64,000 nucleotides of DNA from Syntrophales bacterium (GTDB lineage: Bacteria; Desulfobacterota; Syntrophia; Syntrophales; UBA6807): positions 32,001 through 96,000 of the forward strand of contig JAXGPA010000004.1 of assembly GCA_040767195.1 (NCBI GenBank), given 5' to 3'. The position numbers and the translations under genes are program-made. Of this stretch, positions 28,891 through 38,104 are shown in pieces; position 1 is the stretch's first letter, and the number at the start of each line of letters is the position of its first letter. Under the pieces are notes generated by a model. It was not told the DNA's origin. It did no database searches and worked only from the letters and a program-made list of their open reading frames with translations.

Positions 28891-30192
28891 TCAGTCGTCT
28901 TTCCGGTTGTCCAGGACCCGGACCGCCTTCCCTTCCGTTTTGGGGAGGCTGTGAGGCTCGACAAGAATCACCCTGGGCGTGATGAGAATGTCGCTTTTCA
29001 GCTCCTCCACCACTTTCCGGCGAAGGCTTTCAAGCTTTTTCAGGTCCCCCGTAAAATAATCCTTCTGGACTTCCACCTTGACGATCATGTGGTCGTTGAA
29101 GCCCTCCCTTTCCAGGATGATCTGGAAATCGGTGCCCACGCCGGGAATCTCCATGAGCTTCTTTTCGATCTGGAGGGGGAAGATGTTGACCCCCTTGATG
29201 ATCATCATGTCGTCGGTGCGGCCGGTGATCCTCTCGATCTTCCGGTGCGTTCTCCCGCAGGGGCAGGGTTCGGAAATGATCCGGGTCAGGTCTTTCGTCC
29301 GGTAGCGGATGAGCGGCATCCCCCGGCGGACCAGGGTCGTCATGACGAGCTCGCCCTCTTCACCATCGGGAACCGGTTCCAGGGTGCGCGGGTCGATGAT
29401 CTCGACGAGAAAATTGTCCTCCCAGACGTGCAGCCCCTTCTGGAAAGGGCACTCGAAAGCAACGCCGGGGCCGTTCATTTCCGAAAGCCCGTAGGAATTG
29501 AAAGCCTTGACGCCATAGAGCTCCTCGATTTTAAGGCGGGTTTTCTCCGAATGGGGCTCCGCCCCGATAAAGGCGATTTTCAGTTTCGTGTCCCCCCTCG
29601 GGTCCACGCCCATTTCCTCGAAAACGAGATACAGGTGGAGGGCGTAGCTCGGGATGATGTGAACGACCGTGGTCTCGAAATCCTGCATGAGCTGTATCTG
29701 GCGCTTGCTGTTCCCGGCACCGGCGGGAATGACCAGGGCCCCGAGCTTCTCCGCCCCGTAGTGGAAACCGAGGCCGCCCGTGAAAAGACCGTAGGTCATC
29801 ATGTTCTGAAAGACGTCGCCCTTGCGCATGCCCGTCATGTACATGGACCGCGCCAGGAGATCGGTCCACGCGGCGATGTCGTCGGCGGTGTGAAAAACCA
29901 CCGTGGCCCGCCCCGTGGTGCCCGAGGAGGAGTGCATCCTGACGAGTTCCTCCCGGGGTACGGCGATGAACCCGTAGGGCCAGTGCTCCCGAAGGTCGTC
30001 CTTCGTGGTGAAGGGAAATCTCCGGATGTCCCCGGTGGATCGGATCGCCTCCGCACCAAGCCCCGGGGATGCCCAGGAAGACCCGTAATAGGGCGAGCGG
30101 GCGGCTCTTTCCACGGTCTCGCGGAGGCGCCGGGACTGGAGGGACTCGAGATCGTCCCGGGGAATGGTTTCCAGTTCTTTCTGCCAATACAT
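28891..30192 (-). CDS. paaK: Phenylacetate-CoA ligase family protein
   Basis: HSSSGTTG, YGLFTGGLG, IGAEP, SYGLSEMNGPGVAFEC, IRYRTKD, GRTDDM.IIKGVN. Confidence 0.9.
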   Translation of the reverse strand: MYWQKELETIPRDDLESLQSRRLRETVERAARSPYYGSSWASPGLGAEAIRSTGDIRRFPFTTKDDLREHWPYGFIAVPREELVRMHSSSGTTGRATVVFHTADDIAAWTDLLARSMYMTGMRKGDVFQNMMTYGLFTGGLGFHYGAEKLGALVIPAGAGNSKRQIQLMQDFETTVVHIIPSYALHLYLVFEEMGVDPRGDTKLKIAFIGAEPHSEKTRLKIEELYGVKAFNSYGLSEMNGPGVAFECPFQKGLHVWEDNFLVEIIDPRTLEPVPDGEEGELVMTTLVRRGMPLIRYRTKDLTRIISEPCPCGRTHRKIERITGRTDDMMIIKGVNIFPLQIEKKLMEIPGVGTDFQIILEREGFNDHMIVKVEVQKDYFTGDLKKLESLRRKVVEELKSDILITPRVILVEPHSLPKTEGKAVRVLDNRKDD

Positions 30193-30250
30193 GATATATC
30201 CTCCTGTCAAAAAGGCGCTTTCCGTATATACGCCAGCGGGGGAAGAATGA

Positions 30251-30481
30251 TCAAGCCAAACTTTCCTCCCACCCGCCCAGGTCCTCCGGGGCCGTGACGT
30301 CCTCCCGGCGGTCCCAGTCGGCCCAGCCCGTCCGTTTCTCGCAAACGGCCCGGGCCGCCTCCTCCTCCGTCTCGAAGGACTGGAGCCACAGGCCCCCGAC
30401 ACAGAGCTGATACAGGAAGAGATCCGCCTCGTCGGGCATGATGGAGAAGGTCCCCGCCGGGGATCGAAAAAAATAGGCCAT
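30251..30481 (-). CDS. Small hypothetical protein (76 aa)
   Basis: Fills intergenic gap, GC3-rich codons, AAGGAAG upstream; Trp-rich C-terminus TGWADWD...PEDLGGW. Confidence 0.65.
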   Translation of the reverse strand: MAYFFRSPAGTFSIMPDEADLFLYQLCVGGLWLQSFETEEEAARAVCEKRTGWADWDRREDVTAPEDLGGWEESLA

Positions 30482-30807
30482 GGTTATTTCACTTCCTTCT
30501 TGAGATGACAGGGGACTTTCGTGTTCCCTACGAGCTCTTCATTACTTGAATGAACGGGATAAATCAAGAAGGACGGAAAAGATCGCGGCTCTTTCAGGCG
30601 GTTTTCACCCCCGGGGAAAACATGAACGAAACGGGCTCTTTTTGCCTTGACAAGGATTACACACAATGCTATGTAATTACAAACATTTACACTTAAGAAC
30701 CACGGCCGTAACGGCAGGCACCGCAATTTCCAGAGGATAGGGCCGGGATTATCAAGAGCCCGGCGTCAGGCAGTGAACGTCTCCGCAGCCCCGGAACAGG
30801 GTTTTTT

Positions 30808-31443
30808 ATGGCCAACATTATCACCCTTTCCCGATTTCTCCTTCTCTTCGTCCTCGTGGTCATCGCCTACCAGGCCCCGCCGGCCCTCCAGCTCCTGAAC
30901 GTTCCCCTTCTCGGTGCGATCTTCCTCATGGACGCCTTCGACGGCTACGTCGCCCGCCTCCGCAACGAGACATCCCAGTTCGGGGCGCTTTTCGACATCG
31001 CCGTGGACCGCGTCGTCGAAAACGTCCTGTGGGTGGTCATGGCCGATCTCGACCTGGTCCCCGTCTGGGTCACCATCCTGTTCATCACGAGAAGCTTTCT
31101 CGTGGACACCATCCGGAGCTACGGGGCCTCCCGGGGCCAGACACCCTTCGGAATGATGTCGTCCGGCCTCGGACGCTTCCTCGTGGCGGGGAGAACCCTC
31201 AGGTTCCTCTACGGGGCCGCCAAGGCCCTGGCCTTCGGGTATCTTCTCCTCATCTACCCGCTTCCCGCCATCGCCCCCGGTTTTTACGACACCTGGATGC
31301 GGGAAATCGAGTGGATCAAGGGTCTTCTGGTCTACACGGCGGTCGTCCTGTGCGTCCTTCGAGCCCTTCCCGTTCTCGTCGAATTCCTTCTCCGGGAAGA
31401 CGGGCCCTTCAGGCTTTCCATAAAACAAGGACCACCCCGGTAA
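30808..31443 (+). CDS. CDP-alcohol phosphatidyltransferase
   Basis: ANIITLSR, DAFDGYVAR...TSQFGALFDIAVDR signature. Confidence 0.9.
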   Translation: MANIITLSRFLLLFVLVVIAYQAPPALQLLNVPLLGAIFLMDAFDGYVARLRNETSQFGALFDIAVDRVVENVLWVVMADLDLVPVWVTILFITRSFLVDTIRSYGASRGQTPFGMMSSGLGRFLVAGRTLRFLYGAAKALAFGYLLLIYPLPAIAPGFYDTWMREIEWIKGLLVYTAVVLCVLRALPVLVEFLLREDGPFRLSIKQGPPR

Positions 31444-31449
31444 AGCGCC

Positions 31450-32088
31450 ATGGCCCTCGTATTCATCGATCTCGACGGGACGCTCATCGAGGGGACGGGC
31501 TCGGAGCGCCTCTTCTTTCGCTTCCTCCTGAAAAAGCGGCTTCTCGGGCCCCTCCAGGCGGTTTCTTTCCTTTCATTCGCCGTACGGTATCTTCCCCGGT
31601 TCGGGGCGGACGTCTGGAAAAAAAACAAGGCCTATCTGGCCGGCCTTCAAGAGCGGGACGTCCATGAAGCGGCACGGGTCTTCGCGGGAGAACGCCTGTC
31701 GAAGTCGATCCGCCGGGAAATGAAAGAAAGGATCGCCCGGCATCGTCACGAGGGAGATGAAACCATCCTCCTCACGGGGTCGCTTCTCGCCCTGGCGCAG
31801 CCCCTGGCCCGTCACGCCGGCATCGACCGGGTCGCCGCAACCATCTGCGCCGTCGCAAACGGGCGGTTCGAGGCCCTGCCCCCTCTCGTCCACCCCTTCC
31901 AGGACGAGAAGCGGCACATCGCCGAATCGCTGTGCCGGGAAAAAGGCGTCGCCCTTCGGGAATGCGCGGCTTACGGAGACTCGATCCACGACCTGCCCCT
32001 TCTCGAGGCGGCGGGGACGGCGGTCGCGGTTCACCCCGACCGCCGCCTGGAAAAAATCGCCCGCCGCCGCTTGTGGGAAATCCTGTGA
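31450..32088 (+). CDS. HAD-IB family phosphatase
   Basis: DLDGTL, LLTGS, K, YGDSIHDLPLL. Confidence 0.88.
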   Translation: MALVFIDLDGTLIEGTGSERLFFRFLLKKRLLGPLQAVSFLSFAVRYLPRFGADVWKKNKAYLAGLQERDVHEAARVFAGERLSKSIRREMKERIARHRHEGDETILLTGSLLALAQPLARHAGIDRVAATICAVANGRFEALPPLVHPFQDEKRHIAESLCREKGVALRECAAYGDSIHDLPLLEAAGTAVAVHPDRRLEKIARRRLWEIL

Positions 32089-32143
32089 GACCCGCCGCAT
32101 TTTTCGTTGCCCGCCGGAAGGGCTTGTGATAGAAGGCCAACTC

Positions 32144-32770
32144 ATGTTGAACGTGGGACTCACCGGCGGCATCGGAAGCGGCAAATCGACGGTTGCCCGT
32201 TTTCTCAGGGAAAAGGGGGCCGTCCATCTCGACATCGACCTCCTGGCCCACGACGCGGAAAAACCGGGAACGCCGGCATGGCAGGAGATCGTCGCCGCCT
32301 TCGGGTCCGACGTCCTCGGCGAAGGCCAGGCCATCGACCGTGAAAAACTGGGGCCGCGGGTTTTCCGGGACCCCCTGGCCAGGGAACGGTTGAACCGGAT
32401 CGTCCACCCGGCGGTCTACCGGGAATGGAAAAAACGCCTTCGGGAAATCGCGGCGGATCGCGAGGATGCCATCGTCATTTCAGACATACCCCTTCTCATC
32501 GAGGTGGGGTGGCAGAAAGACGTGGATCTCGTCCTCCTGGTCTACCTGCCCCCGGACGAACAGGTCCGCCGGATCATGACACGAAACGGCCTTTCCCGGG
32601 AAGAAGCCCTGGACCGTGTCCGGTCCCAGATGCCCATGGACGAGAAAATTCCATACGCCGACTGGGTCATAGACAACGGCGGGGATTTGAATCACACCAG
32701 GCAGGAGATCGACCGCCTCTGGCCCGAGCTCCTGAAGATGGAAAAAACGGGGAGGAAAAAGAATGATTGA
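32144..32770 (+). CDS. coaE: Dephospho-CoA kinase
   Basis: GLTGGIGSGKST, LNRIVHP, DIPLLIE, RVRSQM, IDNGG. Confidence 0.92.
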   Translation: MLNVGLTGGIGSGKSTVARFLREKGAVHLDIDLLAHDAEKPGTPAWQEIVAAFGSDVLGEGQAIDREKLGPRVFRDPLARERLNRIVHPAVYREWKKRLREIAADREDAIVISDIPLLIEVGWQKDVDLVLLVYLPPDEQVRRIMTRNGLSREEALDRVRSQMPMDEKIPYADWVIDNGGDLNHTRQEIDRLWPELLKMEKTGRKKND

Positions 32771-33377
32771 GAAAAACGTGCAGACCGACTTCAGCTCCCG
32801 GGCGGTGGACCCCGTCGTGGACCCCACGGCTTATGTTCACCCCCTGGCGGCGGTCATCGGAAACGTGATTATCGGGAAAAACGTCATGGTCGCCCCCACG
32901 GCGTGCATCCGCGGCGACGAGGGACAGCCCCTTTTCGTCGGCGACGATTCAAACGTCCAGGACGGCGTGATCATTCATGCCCTGGAGACGGAGCTGAACG
33001 GAAAGCCCGTTGAAAAGAACCTTGTGGACGGGGGCGGGAAAAAATACGCCGTCTACGTGGGCAAAAGGGTTTCCCTGGCCCACCAGGTCCAGGTTCACGG
33101 TCCCGCGGCGATCGGTGACAACACCTTCGTGGGGATGAAGGTTCTCGTTTTCCGGTCCACGGTGGGTGAAAACTGCGTCATCGAGCCCGGCGTGATCCTC
33201 ATGGGCGTCGCCGTTCCCGACAACCGTTACGTTCCCGCCGGCTCGGTGGTTCGGGCCCAGGAGGAGGCGGACCGGCTCCCCGTGATCACCGGGGACTACC
33301 CCCTGAAAGACATGAACAAGGGGGTCGTCCATGTCAACACGAGCCTTGCCCGGGCGTACGGGGCGGCCCGAAAGTAA
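32763..33377 (+). CDS. Gamma-class carbonic anhydrase (Cam/CcmM-N-like)
   Basis: Hexapeptide repeats; IRGDEG, SNVQDGVIIH, LAHQVQVHGP His ligands, VVHVN. Confidence 0.85.
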   Translation: MIEKNVQTDFSSRAVDPVVDPTAYVHPLAAVIGNVIIGKNVMVAPTACIRGDEGQPLFVGDDSNVQDGVIIHALETELNGKPVEKNLVDGGGKKYAVYVGKRVSLAHQVQVHGPAAIGDNTFVGMKVLVFRSTVGENCVIEPGVILMGVAVPDNRYVPAGSVVRAQEEADRLPVITGDYPLKDMNKGVVHVNTSLARAYGAARK

Positions 33378-33420
33378 AAAAGCCGGCGGCGTTTCCCGGG
33401 AAGAGGCGCCGCCTTTCTTT
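33376..33420. terminator. Probable bidirectional terminator between convergent genes
   Basis: GGCGGCG/CGCCGCC hairpin flanked by an A-run and a T-rich run. Confidence 0.6.
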
Positions 33421-33421
33421 A

Positions 33422-33895
33422 CTACAGCCTGCCTGCCCGTTTCAGGGACTCCCGGAAGGGGCCGTAACCCTCGCCGGTTTCCTGCCGGCTTTTCCGGAGA
33501 ATCGCCGGGAGCCTCTCCAGGTCCTCGTAATTGAAGACAAGGTTGACGCTTTGCCGAAAGGCGGCCATGACATCGGCGGTTACCTGCGTCTCGCTAAGGA
33601 GGGCCACGAAGAGGTTTCTACGGGCCTCCGAGGAAAGCCGCCGGAGGTGATCCGCCAGGGGGCCCTCCCCGGGGAGCCGGCCGCCGAAACGTTCACCGGC
33701 CAGGACAACGGCGCACTCCTGAAAAAGAAGGTGCTCCACCGCCTCTTTTTCATCCCGGGGCGTCACCACGTGATACCTTTCCCGGTCGAGGACCTGCTGT
33801 ATTTTCACCCGCCTCTCCTCATCGGGTTCACAAAGGAGAAGCTCCTCCATGTCCTCCCCGATGAAATCCGGGGAAACGTCTTCGTAACCCGCCAT
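33422..33895 (-). CDS. Hypothetical protein (possibly receiver-like alpha/beta fold) in the pilT operon
   Basis: GGGAGGAG RBS, co-oriented after the pilT paralogs. Confidence 0.65.
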   Translation of the reverse strand: MAGYEDVSPDFIGEDMEELLLCEPDEERRVKIQQVLDRERYHVVTPRDEKEAVEHLLFQECAVVLAGERFGGRLPGEGPLADHLRRLSSEARRNLFVALLSETQVTADVMAAFRQSVNLVFNYEDLERLPAILRKSRQETGEGYGPFRESLKRAGRL

Positions 33896-33915
33896 GACAA
33901 CTCCTCCCGTGTCTT

Positions 33916-35100
33916 TCAGAATGAACGCGGTTTTTTCCCCCGGCCGTAACCGCGGTCGATCTCGAGGCCGTCGAGGGGGGTGGTCTTTTCACCCCGGGCG
34001 CTTTTTACCGAGTCGATCCCCCGGCTGACCACGCCCCGTGTGGTGGCGTAGGCCAGGGCCGTTTCCTCCGTGACGAGCCCGTCCCGATACAGGCCTGTGA
34101 TGTACTCGTCAAAGGAGATCATGTCGAAGGCGCGGCCTGTCTCGATGATGTCCCGGAAGGTCTTTCCCTCCCCTTCCCCGTGAAGGACGGCGTCCCTGAC
34201 CCGGATATTGGTTTTCATGATTTCGAAGGCCGCCACACGCCCGCCGCCGATTTTCGGGAGAAGCCTCTGGCAGACGACCCACCGGATCGTGTCGGCCAGG
34301 CGGACCCGGATCTGGTTCTCCTCCTCCATGGAGAACATGCCGAGGATTCGGTTGATAGTCTGGCCGGCGTCCATGGTGTGCAGGGTGGACAGGACCAGGT
34401 GCCCTGTTTCGGCGGCGGAAAGACCGATCTCCACGGACTCCCGGTCCCGCATTTCCCCCAGGAAGATGATCTTGGGGGCCTGGCGAAGGGCCGCCCGAAG
34501 GCCGCCGGCAAAATTTTCGAAATCCACGCCAAGCTCCCGCTGGTTGATGGTAGCCTTCCTGTGGGTGTGCTGGTACTCGACAGGGTCCTCCAGGGTGATG
34601 ATGTGGATGGACTGCTCTTCATTGATCCGTTCCAGAAGAGCCGCCACGGACGTGGATTTCCCGGTCCCGGTGGCACCGGTCACCAGGATGAGACCATTCT
34701 TCTCCCCGGCCATTTCGAGGAAAGCCCGGGGCAGCTCCATTTCCTCGATGGTGGGGACCCTGGCGGCGAGTATCCGGAAGGCGATGGAATACGTCCCTTT
34801 CTGCGAGAAAATGTTCACCCGGAGCCGGGCCTTTCCGGGGATCTCGTGGGAGAGATCGCAAGACCCTTCCTTGACGAGGGCATCCATGAGCCGGCGGTCC
34901 CGCCCGAGGAAAGCCAGGGCGATCATCTCCGTCTGAAAGGGCGTCAGCGGCCCCATGGGCGGATCGAGGTCCGCGGTGACGAGCACGCCGTCCCGTTCCA
35001 CCTGGAGAGGTTTGCCGACGGTCATGTTCAGATCCGAGATATTTCCCCCCGACCGGAGCATCTGGTCCAGGAGATAATCCACATCCTGCTTTGCCAGCAT
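33916..35100 (-). CDS. PilT/PilU-family type IV pilus retraction ATPase
   Basis: GATGTGKST, TLEDPVEY, LGEMRD, TGHLVLSTLHT; lacks the AIRNLIRE motif. Confidence 0.88.
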   Translation of the reverse strand: MLAKQDVDYLLDQMLRSGGNISDLNMTVGKPLQVERDGVLVTADLDPPMGPLTPFQTEMIALAFLGRDRRLMDALVKEGSCDLSHEIPGKARLRVNIFSQKGTYSIAFRILAARVPTIEEMELPRAFLEMAGEKNGLILVTGATGTGKSTSVAALLERINEEQSIHIITLEDPVEYQHTHRKATINQRELGVDFENFAGGLRAALRQAPKIIFLGEMRDRESVEIGLSAAETGHLVLSTLHTMDAGQTINRILGMFSMEEENQIRVRLADTIRWVVCQRLLPKIGGGRVAAFEIMKTNIRVRDAVLHGEGEGKTFRDIIETGRAFDMISFDEYITGLYRDGLVTEETALAYATTRGVVSRGIDSVKSARGEKTTPLDGLEIDRGYGRGKKPRSF

Positions 35101-35175
35101 ATCCTGCCTCCCTCGGTCTTGTTTCCCGGCACGGCGGTTTCACAGGCGGCGCCCGCCCGGCCTTGGGCGATATTC

Positions 35176-36258
35176 TCAGACTTCCGTGAAATCCGTCGGC
35201 TGCGTCCGCAGATAGGGACGGAACCGGGCCTTGTCGTTCGATCTCTGGTAGGCGTCGTCGGCGCTGACGATCCCGCCGTTCAACAGATCCATGATGGCGT
35301 CGTCGAGAAGCTGCATCCCGTATTTCTTTCCCGTCTGTATCATCGAAGGGAGCTGGTAGGTCTTGGCTTCCCGGATCAGGTTCCGCACCGCCGGTGTCGC
35401 GATCATCACCTCCAGGGCCGCCACGCGCCCGGGCTGGTCGATCCGCTTGAGGAGGGTCTGGGAGATGACGGCGCGGATGCCGTCCGCCAGGGTGGACCGG
35501 ATCTGGGTCTGTTCGCCCGGGGGGAACACCTCGATGATCCGGTCGACCGTTTTCGCCGCGCTCGTCGTGTGGAGGGTCGAAAAAACGAGGTGACCCGTGT
35601 TGGCGGCCTCCACGGCCAGGGCGATGGTCTCCATGTCCCGCATTTCCCCGACCAGAATGATGTCGGGATCCTCCCGGAGGGCCCCCCGGAGGGCCGCGGA
35701 GAAGGTTTTCGTGTGAAGGCCCACTTCCCGGTGATTGACGATGCAGCCCTTGCTCTCGTGAACGAACTCGATAGGGTCCTCGATGGTGATGATGTGGTCC
35801 TTCCGGGTCCGGTTCGCCTCGTCCAGGATGGACGCCAGCGTCGTGGATTTGCCGCTTCCCGTGGGACCGGTGACCAGGACGAGCCCCCGGGGCAGGGACG
35901 CCAGTTTCGTGATCACCGCGGGAAGCCCCAGGTCCTTCGCTGTCTGGATTTTCGTGGGGATTTCCCTGAAGGCGGCGGCGACGCCGTCTTTCTGCATGTA
36001 ATAGTTCGCCCGGTACCGGGCCAGGCCGGGGATCTCGTAGGCGAAATCCACGTCCCCCGTTTCCTCGAACTGCTTGATCTTGTGCTCCGGCGTAATTTCA
36101 TAGAGCATGGACCGCAGTTCATCACTTTCGAGGATGTGATACTTGACCCGTTCGATCTCGCCGCGAATCCGTATGGCCGGCTGCTGTCCTGCCGCGAGGT
36201 GCAGGTCCGAGGCCTCCTGCTTGTTCATGAGTTCAAAAAAAGCGTCGATTTTAGCCAT
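35176..36258 (-). CDS. pilT: Type IV pilus retraction ATPase PilT
   Basis: ASDLHL, GPTGSGKSTT, TIEDPIEF, LREDPDIILVGEMRD, AVRNLIRE. Confidence 0.93.
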   Translation of the reverse strand: MAKIDAFFELMNKQEASDLHLAAGQQPAIRIRGEIERVKYHILESDELRSMLYEITPEHKIKQFEETGDVDFAYEIPGLARYRANYYMQKDGVAAAFREIPTKIQTAKDLGLPAVITKLASLPRGLVLVTGPTGSGKSTTLASILDEANRTRKDHIITIEDPIEFVHESKGCIVNHREVGLHTKTFSAALRGALREDPDIILVGEMRDMETIALAVEAANTGHLVFSTLHTTSAAKTVDRIIEVFPPGEQTQIRSTLADGIRAVISQTLLKRIDQPGRVAALEVMIATPAVRNLIREAKTYQLPSMIQTGKKYGMQLLDDAIMDLLNGGIVSADDAYQRSNDKARFRPYLRTQPTDFTEV

Positions 36259-36571
36259 GGAACCCCCTCCCTCCTGTCCCGCCGCCCTGCCCGGGAACAG
36301 GTGTCCCCGGCCGTACGGCGTCACGGTGACTGTAAGAGAATCCATCCCGTTCTGTCAAGACCTGTTTCACCATCGACGGTTCCGGCGTTTTGTGTTACTC
36401 TTTGCGGGGTCACAGGAGGCGAGACGCCGTGCCCTGAAAGCCGTCATCGGGCGGGGGGCCCGGGAGGCAGGGAATCGTGGCGGCCAGCCTTCCGCAAAAC
36501 AGAAAAAGACGTAATTTTGAGACTTTTTAAGGGTTCGCCAGGCAAGTCCGGCGCGAACCGGGAGGGAAATC

Positions 36572-38098
36572 ATGATAACCGCGAATTTGTCCGAAAAGGA
36601 CCGGAAGCGGATCGCCGGCGAGGGCATCCCCATGGAGAAAATAGAGGGGCAGATGGATCTCTTCGCGCACCCGCCCCGCCCGCTCCGCCTGGACCGTCCG
36701 TGCACTGCCGGAGATGGCATCCGGGTCCTCTCCGACAGCGAGAAGACGTCCTTTCTTTCGCTTTATGAAAATCGGGCGGGAAGCCTGGAAGCGGTCAAGT
36801 TCGTTCCCGCCTCCGGCGCGGCCAGCCGGATGTTCCGGGACTGGTTTCGGGACCTGGAGGACGACCGTTTCGACCGATCCGAGGAGGGGGACCAGTTTGC
36901 CCGAAGGCTTCCCCTCTATCCCTTCCACGACGATCTCCTGGCCCTGGCGGCGGCGAAAGGCCGTACCCTGGAAGACCTGATCAGCGGCGAGGAATACAGG
37001 GAAATCCTGGAACTCATCCTCACGGAAAAGGGCCTCAACTATGCCCACCTGCCAAAGGCCCTGCTGAAATTTCACACCTACCCGGACCACAACCGGACAT
37101 CCCTGGAGGAACACCTGGTCGAGGCAGCCGGTTATGTGCGCGGCGCAAAAAACAGGTGCGCCCTTCATGTCACCGTTTCGGAGGAACACGAAACCCTGGT
37201 TCGAAACCTGGCGACACGGGTTTTGAGCCGTTACGAATCACGGCTGGACGTCCGGTACGATTTCTCCCTTTCCATTCAGTCCCCGTCGACGAACACGATC
37301 GCCGTCACCCTGGAGAACGAACCGTTCCGCGACGACGAGGGGAACCTTCTTTTCAGGCCCGGCGGCCACGGCGCCCTTCTCTCGAACCTGAACGGGATAG
37401 ACGGTGATCTCGTCTTCATAAAGAACATAGACAACGTCGTTCCAGACCGCCTGAAGGAAGAAACGATCCGGTACAAGAAAATCCTCGGGGGCTTCCTTCT
37501 TCGCGTCCAGGACGAAATCTTCCGGCACCTGTCCCTCCTGGAAAGGGCGGGGCCGGGAGAGGCCCCTCTCGATGCGGCGGCGGACTTCTGCCGTGAAACG
37601 CTGCTCACCGACTTTCCGGCGGCTTACGCCGCCTTTACGCCGGAGAAGCGGAAAAGCTTTCTCGTCGCGCTGCTGAACCGGCCCATTCGGGTCTGCGGCA
37701 TGGTCAAAAACGAGGGGGAGCCGGGGGGAGGGCCCTTCTGGGTCATCGATGAGGACGGCCGCCGGACCCTGCAGATCGTCGAAGAGGCACAGATCGACAC
37801 GTCCTCGGAAACGCAGGCCCGCACATGGAAGGCTTCGACCCACTTCAACCCGGTGGATCTCGTCTGCGGGATCCGCAATCACCGGGGGGAGAAATTCGAC
37901 CTGGAAAATTACGTGGACCCGAAGGCCGTGATCATCACGAAGAAGTCCCACGAAGGCCGGGACCTGAAGGCCCTGGAAATCCCCGGGCTGTGGAACGGCG
38001 GCATGGCCCTGTGGAACACCCTGTTCGTCGAGGTCCCCGGTGTCACCTTCAACCCCGTCAAGACCGTCTTCGATCTTCTGAGGCCGGAGCACCAGTAG
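36572..38098 (+). CDS. DUF4301-family protein (nucleotide-sugar pyrophosphorylase-like fold)
   Basis: KFVPASGAASRMF, FRPGGHGALL, FIKNIDNVV, GEPGGGPFWV, THFNPVDLVC, TFNPVKTVFDLL. Confidence 0.8.
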   Translation: MITANLSEKDRKRIAGEGIPMEKIEGQMDLFAHPPRPLRLDRPCTAGDGIRVLSDSEKTSFLSLYENRAGSLEAVKFVPASGAASRMFRDWFRDLEDDRFDRSEEGDQFARRLPLYPFHDDLLALAAAKGRTLEDLISGEEYREILELILTEKGLNYAHLPKALLKFHTYPDHNRTSLEEHLVEAAGYVRGAKNRCALHVTVSEEHETLVRNLATRVLSRYESRLDVRYDFSLSIQSPSTNTIAVTLENEPFRDDEGNLLFRPGGHGALLSNLNGIDGDLVFIKNIDNVVPDRLKEETIRYKKILGGFLLRVQDEIFRHLSLLERAGPGEAPLDAAADFCRETLLTDFPAAYAAFTPEKRKSFLVALLNRPIRVCGMVKNEGEPGGGPFWVIDEDGRRTLQIVEEAQIDTSSETQARTWKASTHFNPVDLVCGIRNHRGEKFDLENYVDPKAVIITKKSHEGRDLKALEIPGLWNGGMALWNTLFVEVPGVTFNPVKTVFDLLRPEHQ

Positions 38099-38104
38099 GG
38101 CTTT

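Noticed and set aside
30494..30573. Hammerhead ribozyme interpretation of the three-way junction
   Set aside because: The CUGANGA and GAAA core is not correctly placed on either strand
30748..30800. TTATCAAGAG resembling the start of a SAM-I riboswitch
   Set aside because: The following kink-turn GAGGGA, GCAACC and closing GATAA elements are absent
34180..36768. 862-aa plus-strand ORF, and similar long antisense ORFs at 8725-11211, 16653-18923, 42521-44794 and 50719-52671
   Set aside because: All lie opposite well-supported genes and translate to typical shadow sequence
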